From Candidatus Bathyarchaeota archaeon (GTDB lineage Archaea > Thermoproteota > Bathyarchaeia > 40CM-2-53-6), in contig CAVPLU010000010.1 of assembly GCA_963706285.1 (NCBI GenBank), forward strand, positions 64,001-128,000: a stretch of 64,000 nucleotides of DNA, written 5' to 3'. The position numbers and the translations under genes were made by a program. This document shows, in pieces, positions 48,502 to 57,563 of the stretch; the stretch's first letter is position 1; each line of letters starts with the position of its first letter. The notes under the pieces were generated by a model that was not told the DNA's origin, searched no databases, and saw nothing but the letters and a program-made list of their open reading frames with translations.

Positions 48502-49009
48502 ATGCTGAAAGCGACTTGGCGGGATCTCAGGAAACTCAGAGGTATCGCAAACTATCAATTTGGAAGCCATCTAGGCAATGTGCTCTTCAAGGGACCCATA
48601 GAGATTACTAGATCACGCAAGACCAACAAGATACGCCTGATATTTCGCGACGGTAGACTCATCTCAACTTTGCGAGCGAAGGACGGGTTTCTAGCGCTCA
48701 CACCCGACGGGGCGGAAGTAGTCCTAGCCTCAATGAAAAAGCCGCCAAGAGTTGTCATCGTTCGCAGCGATGTGGCCGAATTCATCAAGGCAGGCAGGAA
48801 CGTATTCGCGAAACACGTGATGGCCGCAGATTCATCCATTAGGCCCCAAGACGAGGCTATAGTTGTAGATGAGAAACGGCATCTCCTGGCCGTGGGACGT
48901 GCCGCACTTGGCTGGGTGGGAGATGACTCAGTTCAAGAGAGGAACCGCCGTTAGAACTAGGCGAGGCACCGGAACAGGTGCAATAGATTTATCCCATCAA
49001 CACTCCTGA
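48502..49009 (+). CDS. PUA-domain protein (ArcTGT C-terminal-like); one-base insertion near 48910
   Basis: IANYQFG, TLRAKDG, GRNVFAKHV, IRP.DE; repaired tail EMTQFKRGTAVRTRRG. Confidence 0.82.
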
Positions 49010-49033
49010 CCAATTTCATCGGTTGATTCAGCA

Positions 49034-49417
49034 ATGGCATACAAAGCGTACAAGGCTGTGAAGGGGGCGCCTCAGGGTAGAGACGCGAAACGAATGATGC
49101 AGAAGATGGGCATGAAGGTAGATGAGATTCAGGGTGTCACTGAGGTGTTGATACGTACCGCTACTCGTGAGATCGTGATAGAAGAGCCCGCTGTCACATC
49201 AGTTGTTGTTCAAGGGCAAAAGATGTATCAGATTACCGGTGGAACCACACATGAGAGGACCCCATCCACTGAAGTCGCCCCTGCGGAGGTTCCCGAAGAG
49301 GATGTGAAACTCGTAGCGGAACAAACCGGAAAGACATTGGATGAGGCTCGAGCAGCACTGAAAGAGGCTGGCGGCGACTTGGCGGTGGCAATCCTTAAGC
49401 TCAAAAATCAAACTTAG
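49034..49417 (+). CDS. nac: Nascent polypeptide-associated complex protein
   Basis: MMQKMGM, V.EV.I, YQITG, EEDVKLVAEQ, GDLA.AI. Confidence 0.92.
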   Translation: MAYKAYKAVKGAPQGRDAKRMMQKMGMKVDEIQGVTEVLIRTATREIVIEEPAVTSVVVQGQKMYQITGGTTHERTPSTEVAPAEVPEEDVKLVAEQTGKTLDEARAALKEAGGDLAVAILKLKNQT

Positions 49418-49583
49418 AATCGTTGTTGGCTGGGTGACGAACTAAGAGGATTCGGTAGCAGGCTTCTCACACGAGGCGGGGAAGAGAGGGTCCCCCCTAC
49501 AGGATAATGACCCCTCGTTACCAATGCAGACAGGCACTTTCGCATTCTGAAGAAACCTAGTGACATAAGGTTGTCAGCCGAAG

Positions 49584-50996
49584 CTACCGCGACGATCCCT
49601 CACTGAAGTGTGTCACGGTGTCGGCGAGGCTCGATAGGAAGCTGCCTACTTCCTCAACGGTATTGAAGTGCGTAGGGCTGGCACGAACCGCGATGGATCT
49701 GCCGTATGTCTTGAGGGTCCTCGAATAGAAGCCTCCGCCGTCTTCCGCCAGAACAGCAACCGCATGCTTGTTCCAAAGGTATTCAGCCACCGCGAAAGGA
49801 TCCGCATCATTGATGTTGAAGGTAAACGTGGGAACTCGCAAGTCCACTTCAGTTGGATCACTCACTCCATAGAGCTCCATTCCCTTAATCGATCGTACGC
49901 CCTCAACCTGCCCTCGCCCAGTCAGCATGCATTTCGAAAGCGTTCGTTCATAGTTCTCAATCCAAGACATGGCGGCCTTGAGAAGCCGTGCTCTTCCATC
50001 GTATCCGGAAAGCTCATCGCTGACTTCCGTCTCTACCTGGTTGCCCAACCAGCTGAGATAATCCATTACAGCCGTAATGGAAGCGAAGAGCGCCTGGTCG
50101 CGCGTACCAAGTTCCCACTTCTCAGGCCCATGGTCGGGCGCGGGAACCACCTTGTAGGGTTTCAGAGTTTCCAGTAATTCTTCCCGACCAAACATGAAAC
50201 TTCCGCGTCGAGCGAACAACTTGTAAGCTGAAAATACAGCGAAATCGAAATCCAACTGCTGCACATCGATCGGAACATGAGCTACCGTGTGCACTGCATC
50301 GAGAATAGTGTAGGCACCCGCCCTCTTCCCAATCTCAAGTACTTGCTTCAGCGGGGTTTTCGAGCCTAGTACATTCGAGACTCCTGTAACAGTGACGATC
50401 CGTGTCTTCTCATCGACCAGGCGCTCGAAATGGGATAGATCCAGTAGCCCGTTTTCGGGATTGAATTTTGCGAATCTGACCTCTTTGACAACACCTCTAC
50501 GTTGAAGCTCCAACCAGGGGCTGACGTTGGCATAGTGCTCATACTCAGTAGTCACAATGTTCTCGTCTCCAGACATCTCCCTTCCAAGGGCATAACTGAG
50601 ATGAAACAGCAAGCTTGTAGCGGACTCACCGGACACGATGCAATTCTCTGAAGGCGCGTTTAGGAAATCCCTAACAGATTTCCTACCTTCGCGAATAACC
50701 TCTTCGTTCCTCTTTGACTCCCATGATGGACCACCTGTATTCGCTGAGCAGTCCAAACGAGCTCTCGCCTCGGCGTCTGCCACTCGTTGCAGAACCAGTG
50801 ATCCCGCTGCATTTTCGAAGAAGATCCTCCGCCTTCCACTCGCGTCGGCTCCAGCGCGAGGGAACTCTTTCCTGATTGCGGAAAGAAGTTCACTGACGGC
50901 ACTATCTTGCAGGGGTGAGTTGTTGCTTTTCACGGTCGATTGCCTACCCACAGATCCATCGTAACCTCTAGAAATCTTTGACGATGACGTAGTCAT
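49584..50996 (-). CDS. Cysteine desulfurase-like class V PLP enzyme
   Basis: FFENAAGS, EHYANV.PW, SNVLGS, DAVH, FSAYK, ELGT, RVPTF, HFNT.EEV. Confidence 0.82.
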   Translation of the reverse strand: MTTSSSKISRGYDGSVGRQSTVKSNNSPLQDSAVSELLSAIRKEFPRAGADASGRRRIFFENAAGSLVLQRVADAEARARLDCSANTGGPSWESKRNEEVIREGRKSVRDFLNAPSENCIVSGESATSLLFHLSYALGREMSGDENIVTTEYEHYANVSPWLELQRRGVVKEVRFAKFNPENGLLDLSHFERLVDEKTRIVTVTGVSNVLGSKTPLKQVLEIGKRAGAYTILDAVHTVAHVPIDVQQLDFDFAVFSAYKLFARRGSFMFGREELLETLKPYKVVPAPDHGPEKWELGTRDQALFASITAVMDYLSWLGNQVETEVSDELSGYDGRARLLKAAMSWIENYERTLSKCMLTGRGQVEGVRSIKGMELYGVSDPTEVDLRVPTFTFNINDADPFAVAEYLWNKHAVAVLAEDGGGFYSRTLKTYGRSIAVRASPTHFNTVEEVGSFLSSLADTVTHFSEGSSR

Positions 50997-51147
50997 CGTA
51001 ATGGCACACTCTCACGAGATGCCGGACTTCCGTCTCTCAGAATCGGCGTCCTGACTTTGAAGAATCGGCATGAATGAAGCGAACATGGCTATGAGTAGAC
51101 CAACCGGAATGGTCTCGGTAGTCTTGGAACTACGCCGAGAGAGACTG

Positions 51148-52755
51148 TTAGCTCAGAATGTTCTCAATTGCGTCCATTTCGCAATCTTCTGGCAGGGGTA
51201 TTCCAGTTGCCTTAGCGGCTCTTTCGGTCAATGAGATCAGGTCGTTCCTATGCAGGAATTTGAGATTCCATTTTCTGGATCCTGCCATAAGCTGCTGGAG
51301 TCCGACTCCAATGCGGCCTTTCATGTAACCGTAGAGTCCAATGGCCTCTAAAGGTAGCTTGTCAAAGCGATTTCCTAGCAAAGACTGTAGCTCGCTTGTG
51401 GAAGCAAGAAAGGTCTTTGGAGACATTCCGTAGCGTTCAACGAATGCCTTGGGTAGCTGGCCGTTCTCTGCGAGTCGGGCGAAGTGCGCTGTCTTGGTCA
51501 CGGCGGTAATGGGAGACCTTCCTAGTAGGGCTGCCTTCACGTAGGGCCCCTTGCCGAAATTACTCATTGCGATTGACTTGTAGATTTGCGTCTCTTCGAT
51601 GAAGCCGCCAGCAATTACAATGTCGGGCACGTACTTGCTCTTCTTTCTTAGGATCTCGGCGCATTTCAAGACTTGAGCTTCGAGGTATACTGTGGGGGTC
51701 CCCATTTCGTCCATCATTGGAACAGGGCTCATGCCGGTTCCTCCGCCAGCTCCGTCGAATGTTACATAGTTGAGTTTTGCCTCTGAAGCCAGTTTCATTG
51801 TGAGAGCAACAGCGCTCGGTCTGTAAGCGCCAGTCTTCAGACTCACGCGCTTGACGCCTTGGCTTCTGAGACTATCTATGTCTTCAAGGAAACCCTTCTC
51901 ACTAAGCATGCCAACTCTGCTATGTCTCTCAAAAGACTGAATCATGCCATCTTTGAAAGCTTCCTTGACCCCGGGCTGTTCAGGGTCCGGGATGACTAAA
52001 TATCCCGCTTCCTTCAGTCGGAGTGCTCTCTGATGATCTGTAATTCGGACTTCTCCACCAATCGCCTTGGCTCCCTGTCCCCATTTTCTCTCGATTGTGT
52101 CTACCTCTAGCTTCGAAGCTGCGTAGGTATCCACTCCAAGTCTCTGGTCTTCGACGTTTGTTTGAACTGCAATGTCCCCGTGCTTTCCATCCCAGAACTC
52201 TCTGAATAAGTCGACCCTGCGTTTGAGCTCTTGGGAGTAAGTTATCTTGCCATGCTCCATCTTTGACTGCGGGTCCATCGCGCAGACGTTCTCGCCTACT
52301 GTTATGGTGATTCCCGAAATGGCTGCGCCAATGGCAAGACCTTCCCAGTAGGTTCTTGCTATGTCGGTTGAACCGTATGCCCCGATCAAGAGCGGCATCT
52401 TCAGAGGGACGCCGCCAACGTTGCTCTCGATGTTGACGTTCGGGAATAGTGCCAGATCCGAGTCGCTTTCTATACCCTCAGCTCCAAGAAGCTCCGAATG
52501 GATGTTGAAGTGCGACCAGTCCAGCCGGAAATCTTTGAGCGCTCCAGCCGTGCTATGCCCAAATTTCATGGGATCCGGATATAGCGCTTCTCTTCCTCTG
52601 AGTGCAGCCAAACCAATTTCGCACAAGATTGGACAATCATCAGTGCAGATTGGACACATGCCGCTTGTACAGCTTCTATCCTGGACTCTCGTCAAGGTTC
52701 CAGTCGTAGATTTTCCGTTCAGATAGGAAGAGTTCCTTGCAACTTCACCGTTCAT
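51148..52755 (-). CDS. Stand-alone FMN-binding glutamate synthase family protein
   Basis: N-terminal C..C...C...CE, GENV, KWGQGAK.IGGE, LKTGAY, DGAGGGTGMSP, AGG. Confidence 0.85.
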   Translation of the reverse strand: MNGEVARNSSYLNGKSTTGTLTRVQDRSCTSGMCPICTDDCPILCEIGLAALRGREALYPDPMKFGHSTAGALKDFRLDWSHFNIHSELLGAEGIESDSDLALFPNVNIESNVGGVPLKMPLLIGAYGSTDIARTYWEGLAIGAAISGITITVGENVCAMDPQSKMEHGKITYSQELKRRVDLFREFWDGKHGDIAVQTNVEDQRLGVDTYAASKLEVDTIERKWGQGAKAIGGEVRITDHQRALRLKEAGYLVIPDPEQPGVKEAFKDGMIQSFERHSRVGMLSEKGFLEDIDSLRSQGVKRVSLKTGAYRPSAVALTMKLASEAKLNYVTFDGAGGGTGMSPVPMMDEMGTPTVYLEAQVLKCAEILRKKSKYVPDIVIAGGFIEETQIYKSIAMSNFGKGPYVKAALLGRSPITAVTKTAHFARLAENGQLPKAFVERYGMSPKTFLASTSELQSLLGNRFDKLPLEAIGLYGYMKGRIGVGLQQLMAGSRKWNLKFLHRNDLISLTERAAKATGIPLPEDCEMDAIENILS

Positions 52756-52800
52756 GGAGTATCCTCTCTACTTATCAAATGCCAAGAAACGCGGAAGCCC

Positions 52801-52917
52801 TCAGGTTTCCAGCTTCAGAATGTCGTAGAATTCGCAGCATCTCTCGCTGATGTGGAGATGGTGCCGCAAGTCGTCCGGTTTGCCGAAGATGGCTCTGCAG
52901 ACTCTGCATTGTGGCAT
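52801..52917 (-). CDS. 38-aa C2H2/C2HC-type zinc-finger microprotein (not in ORF track)
   Basis: MPQCRVCRAIFGKPDDLRHHLHISERCCEFYDILKLET; lies between the conserved promoter motif and the GOGAT-like gene. Confidence 0.65.
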   Translation of the reverse strand: MPQCRVCRAIFGKPDDLRHHLHISERCCEFYDILKLET

Positions 52918-52952
52918 TTCTTTTCAGGGCTCGCAGTACGCCTTTCAGCCAG

Positions 52953-52974
52953 TATTAAGACGGGTGTGCACTTT
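52953..52974 (-). promoter_or_regulatory. Conserved 22-bp promoter/operator motif, copy 1 (AAAGTGCACACCCGTCTTAATA)
   Basis: 21/22 identical to 56255-56276; ends in a TATA-like CTTAATA 35 nt before the ATG. Confidence 0.75.
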
Positions 52975-53106
52975 CGTCCTTGCTCTTATGTCAATTATGC
53001 CGCATTGGACCGGAAAACTTGTAAATCTGGCTAGATGTGGAGTCGTCGAATGTCCGATTTGCTGGAAGGCTCTGTAGGATGTGAGGTTAATTGCTGATCG
53101 GTGCGG

Positions 53107-54468
53107 CTACAATTTCTTGATGTATCTCTGCACTTCCCAAGGGGTAACCTGTGTCCTGTACAAGTCCCATTCGCGATGTTTCTCTTCAAGGAAGTTCTCA
53201 TACAGGGTCTCACCAAGCGCCTCCCTAACGAGTTGACTTTTCTCGATCTCCTCCAACGCTTCGGAAAGAGATTCGGGTAGTGAAACTATGCCGCGTTCTT
53301 TGCGTTCCTCATACGTCAACTTGTAGACGTTCAATTCAGTAGGTTTAGGCGGTTCGATTTTCTTCTGTATGCCGTCGAGGCCGCTCAGGCAAAGCACTGC
53401 GAACTGGAGGTACGGGTTGCCCGCAGGATCAGGACATCTGATCTCACAGCGTGCGGCACTCTTTCTCTTGCCGAAGTTGGGCACGCGGATGAGTGGAGAT
53501 CTGTTTCTAAGCGCCCACGCAACGTAGACAGGCGCCTCAAAGCCTGGGACTAGTCGTTTGTATGAGTTTGGCCAAGAGGCGAGGATTCCGCACATTTCTC
53601 GCCCGTGAGCTAGTTGGCCGCCGATGAAGTTCAACGCTGTTTTGGACAGGTATCCCGTGCTTTCATTATCCTCAAAGAATACGTTCTTTGATCCGTCAGC
53701 GCTCCACAGGCTCTGGTGAACATGCATGCCTGATCCGTTCACACCAGGGAAAGGCTTGGGCATGTACGTGGCGAGGTAGCCGTTTCTCGCTGCAACAGCC
53801 TTGGTAACCATCTTCATAGTGGCGGTGCGGTCAGCAGTCACGAGGGCCTCACCATACTTGAAGTCTATCTCATTCTGACCAAGCGCAACCTCGTGGTGAG
53901 CAACTTCAATCTCGATTCCAAATGCTTCTGCAGTGTCCGCGATCTCTCTTCGGAGATCTTCCGTGAGGTCTCCCGGGTGCAGGTCAAAGTAGCCGCCCAT
54001 ATCGATCGGTGTAGGTGCGAGGCTGTCCTGTTCCTTCACGAGGAAGAACTCCAGTTCTGGTGCACAGTTGAATGTGAACCCTGCTTGGCTGCATTTCTGT
54101 AAGGCTCTTTCAAGCGCGAAACGAGGATCCGCCTCGAACCGTTCGTTATTGGGCGTGTAGATGTCGCAGATTAGCCGGCATGACGCCTTTTCTTCGGGAC
54201 GCCACGGAATAATCGAAAAAGTGCTTGGGTCCGGATAGGCTACAAGGTCGGATTCCTCAATTGGTCTGTATCCAGTGACGGATGAGCCGTCGAATGACTG
54301 GCCGTTCTCGAAGATCGATTCTATTTCTTTCGTTCGCACAGAGTAGCTCTTCAATATGCCATCTATGTCTATGAACTGGAGTCGAGCGAACCTAATTTCC
54401 CTGTCACGTATTATCTTGGAGACTTTGGCTACGTCTTCACGCCACTTCGAATCCTTGAAGTTCTTCAT
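53107..54468 (-). CDS. glnA: Glutamine synthetase type I
   Basis: FDGSSV.G, PELEFF, HHEVA.GQ.E, MPKP..G.NGSGMHVH, YKRLVPGFEAP, NRS.LIR, EIRCPDP. Confidence 0.96.
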   Translation of the reverse strand: MKNFKDSKWREDVAKVSKIIRDREIRFARLQFIDIDGILKSYSVRTKEIESIFENGQSFDGSSVTGYRPIEESDLVAYPDPSTFSIIPWRPEEKASCRLICDIYTPNNERFEADPRFALERALQKCSQAGFTFNCAPELEFFLVKEQDSLAPTPIDMGGYFDLHPGDLTEDLRREIADTAEAFGIEIEVAHHEVALGQNEIDFKYGEALVTADRTATMKMVTKAVAARNGYLATYMPKPFPGVNGSGMHVHQSLWSADGSKNVFFEDNESTGYLSKTALNFIGGQLAHGREMCGILASWPNSYKRLVPGFEAPVYVAWALRNRSPLIRVPNFGKRKSAARCEIRCPDPAGNPYLQFAVLCLSGLDGIQKKIEPPKPTELNVYKLTYEERKERGIVSLPESLSEALEEIEKSQLVREALGETLYENFLEEKHREWDLYRTQVTPWEVQRYIKKL

Positions 54469-54973
54469 TGAAAGCCGTCCTCAGTTGAATCCTGATATGC
54501 AGAGACTCTGTCCCAGCGCTACTTAACACATATCTACACATATGCGACCCATCCCATGTCAGCATTGCTGCTAGAGATCAACCGGACGCACATTGCGGCC
54601 ACGACGGGACTGAACAACGCACCGATGTGCTGGACGCGCGACAATGGTTTCTGTGATGGGACTTGTAGAACATGGAATGCAGAAATCTTTGGGGACTGTT
54701 TATCGAATCGTTCCGAAAATGCCTACACAGTTCCGAGGCATAGACGAAGTTCAATCGTTTTGAGGGTCCTCGGAATTTTGAATAATCTCTAGGGGAACGT
54801 TGAATCTACTTGTGTTCAAGAAATTGATGGAAATCTCTTCTGTGCAGTCTTCATACATCGCTGGTTATTCAACGGAACCTGACAAAGCTGCAAGTTCTGG
54901 CACCTAGATCTGATTGCATGAGAATCAAATCTGAATTGTCTGCCTGAGTTCATTATCGTTCACATGGTACACG

Positions 54974-56203
54974 TCATGCATAGGCTTCTTCGCCGTGTTG
55001 ACTGATATCGAGACCATCGTGTTCTTCTTGTGGACTGACTCTCACAGGAGTGAAGATGTCGATCGCTCTGAGAATTACGTATGACCCGACAAAGCCGAAT
55101 ACTGCGACGACGGCTACGCCAAGCGCCTGAATAAGCACCAGGTTAGGATTTCCAAATAGTAACCCATTGGGTCCAGTTGGGTTGACGAGGGTGGATGCAA
55201 ACAGACCTGTGGCTATTGTTCCCCATATGCCACCCATGCCGTGGCACGCAAAGACGTCTAGTGCGTCGTCCAATGTGGTTCTAGCTCTCCAACTCGCCAC
55301 ATAGTTGCACAGCAATCCGGCTACCAGTCCGATGATTATTGCAGGCATTGTGCCTACGTAGCCTGAAGCAGGCGTTATCGCTACGAGGCCACACACGGCG
55401 CCGATCGATATGCCTACTGCTGATGGCTTGCCTTTCCTAATCCAATCTACTATCATCCAACTTACAGCTGCCGCAGCTGCAGCAAGATTCGTGACAACCA
55501 AAGCGTTCACTGCCAAAACATTGGCTGCAAGTGCGCTTCCGGCGTTGAATCCAAACCAGCCAAACCATAGGATAGATGCTCCAAGAATCACGAAGGGGAT
55601 GTTGTTAGGGCTGATGCCATTCTCTTTCCAAGCTAGGCCTTTTCTTCTGCCGATTACGAGTGCGCCTGCGAGCGCAGAGACGGCGGCAGCGGTGTGGACC
55701 ACTAATCCTCCTGCGAAGTCAATTACGCCAATGGTCCTTAGCCATCCGCCAATGGCCCAGTTCCAGTGTGCTATTGGGGCGTAGATGAAGGTCGTCCAGA
55801 GAACTATGTAGATGAGCAGTGCTTTGAAGCGAATTCTCTCAGCAAAAGCTCCGATAATTAGCGCTGGTGTTATAGCTGCAAATTTTAGCTGAAATGCAAA
55901 ATAGAGAAGTTCTGGAATAGTATCTGAATAGTTGGGGTTCGGTGTCAATCCAACATTGTTCAGTCCAAGATCCGAAAGATCTCCAATAATGCCATTCATT
56001 GTCGGTCCGAGTGCGAGACTGTACCCCCACAAGGCCCAAATCAAACTAATGACAGCGAAGATCGCGAGACATTGAACTATGGTCGATATGAGGTTCTTGC
56101 GTCTGACCAAACCACCATAGAAGAATCCGAGTGCCGGAGTCATTATCATGACAAGACTAGTTGCTGCGATAACCCATGCCATGTCCCCAGAGTCCAACAA
56201 CAC
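54974..56203 (-). CDS. amtB: Ammonium transporter
   Basis: GFFYGGL, FQ.KFAAIT, DFAGGLVVH, WFGWFGFNAGS, DDALDVF..HG, GLD..HGE.AY. Confidence 0.96.
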   Translation of the reverse strand: MLLDSGDMAWVIAATSLVMIMTPALGFFYGGLVRRKNLISTIVQCLAIFAVISLIWALWGYSLALGPTMNGIIGDLSDLGLNNVGLTPNPNYSDTIPELLYFAFQLKFAAITPALIIGAFAERIRFKALLIYIVLWTTFIYAPIAHWNWAIGGWLRTIGVIDFAGGLVVHTAAAVSALAGALVIGRRKGLAWKENGISPNNIPFVILGASILWFGWFGFNAGSALAANVLAVNALVVTNLAAAAAAVSWMIVDWIRKGKPSAVGISIGAVCGLVAITPASGYVGTMPAIIIGLVAGLLCNYVASWRARTTLDDALDVFACHGMGGIWGTIATGLFASTLVNPTGPNGLLFGNPNLVLIQALGVAVVAVFGFVGSYVILRAIDIFTPVRVSPQEEHDGLDISQHGEEAYA

Positions 56204-56254
56204 ACTTCCCTCTCCTGAACTTGACCTAGAATTTTCAGGGGGCTCTTCTCTCGA

Positions 56255-56276
56255 TATTAAGACAGGTGTGCACTTT
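56255..56276 (-). promoter_or_regulatory. Conserved 22-bp promoter/operator motif, copy 2 (AAAGTGCACACCTGTCTTAATA)
   Basis: Lies between amtB and the divergent regulator; 21/22 identical to 52953-52974. Confidence 0.75.
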
Positions 56277-56352
56277 TCCGAGTGGTTCTGTATCGGCTTT
56301 GTCAGGTTGAGACTGGAAATACCTAAATGTCTCGCAGTCAGAAGGAGTTTCT

Positions 56353-57474
56353 ATGGCCGATTTGCTAGATGATCGGACCAATCTCTTGCTACTTCAGGAA
56401 ATCTGTGCCGGGAATGGCCTAGAAGTGAACCTGACGCAGTTGTCGAAACGCCTGAAGAGGCACAGAAACACGATCAGAGAGAGAGTCAGGAGCTTACTTT
56501 CTCACAAGGTAATTGACCGGCCAGTTGTTCCGTTTCTGGGGTTATTCAGAGAACGTCCCTTGCTGGTTGTGGTCTACGCTGACCTTCCTGAAGACGCCAG
56601 AGTTTCCAAGTGGATCAAGGAAGACATGAACATTTTCGGCGCCTATAGAGTCAGAGAAGGCGACTACAACATGATGCTCTTCGAATTTCACAGTGATGTC
56701 TGGAGTTATCATGTTTGGAGAGATTCTCTTGTCCCTGATGGTAAGATACCTGCAAGACGAGGAAGAACCGCATCTAACACTCTGTACCTTTCAAACAGAC
56801 TCGTAACGAAATATCAGCCCAACACTGCGATTCAGCTCATTGAAGAACAGTTTGCGAAACCACGCCGTGTAACCATCAATGATTACGTACTGGACGAACT
56901 TGCGCTGGACGTGATGAGGTGTCTTCTAGAGGGGAAGGGAATCAAGGTGAACGAGAATTTTCTCTCCAAGAAGATCGGTGTTCACAGATCCACTATCAGG
57001 AGGAGGATCTTGAAAATGGAGGAAGAGGGGATCATCCATCCTCCTCTTTGCCGATTCCCCCTTTTCTTCACGCCATCAAACTTCCTCCTGGTCTTCTCGA
57101 TGCTTGAAGTAAAGGAGCCTCGAAAGTTCATGAATGACGTGACAAACGATCCACATGTTAGCCTGGCCTACAACATAAGCGAAGGCAGATACAATATGCT
57201 CCTCTTCGAATCGCACGTGGACATGGAGAGCTATCTGCGGTGGGAAAGCAGCTACGAGACCAAGTACCCGGAATGTTTCGGCTCGATTAAGAACAACTAT
57301 CTTTCGCCGAGGATGACTATTTCGATCGACCAACAGAAAGTGTCGCTTGGCATAATTGCTGAGAAATTGAAAGCGCTAGGAGCTAAGTCGACTCACGCTC
57401 GCAAGAGAGATGATACGTCTCGAGTCTCAAGAGGCTCCTCAAGACCGCCTTTGCCATCGTCTGCCTTCCGATAA
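56353..57474 (+). CDS. Tandem Lrp/AsnC-like transcription regulator (two wHTH + ligand-binding units)
   Basis: Two aligned halves: LSKRLKRHRNTIRERV..EGDYNMMLFEFH and LSKKIGVHRSTIRRRI..EGRYNMLLFESH. Confidence 0.78.
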   Translation: MADLLDDRTNLLLLQEICAGNGLEVNLTQLSKRLKRHRNTIRERVRSLLSHKVIDRPVVPFLGLFRERPLLVVVYADLPEDARVSKWIKEDMNIFGAYRVREGDYNMMLFEFHSDVWSYHVWRDSLVPDGKIPARRGRTASNTLYLSNRLVTKYQPNTAIQLIEEQFAKPRRVTINDYVLDELALDVMRCLLEGKGIKVNENFLSKKIGVHRSTIRRRILKMEEEGIIHPPLCRFPLFFTPSNFLLVFSMLEVKEPRKFMNDVTNDPHVSLAYNISEGRYNMLLFESHVDMESYLRWESSYETKYPECFGSIKNNYLSPRMTISIDQQKVSLGIIAEKLKALGAKSTHARKRDDTSRVSRGSSRPPLPSSAFR

Positions 57475-57563
57475 CCGCCTCCATGTCTGATGCCATCTGA
57501 TTCAGGCTCGTTCCTGACAGGTGACGGGATTTCCTCAACTAGCCAGAAGGATGGAGATGGCGC

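Noticed and set aside
49504-49550. C/D box sRNA (ATAATGA ... CTGA)
   Set aside because: Box C mismatched, no clear C'/D' pair, and no target can be verified here
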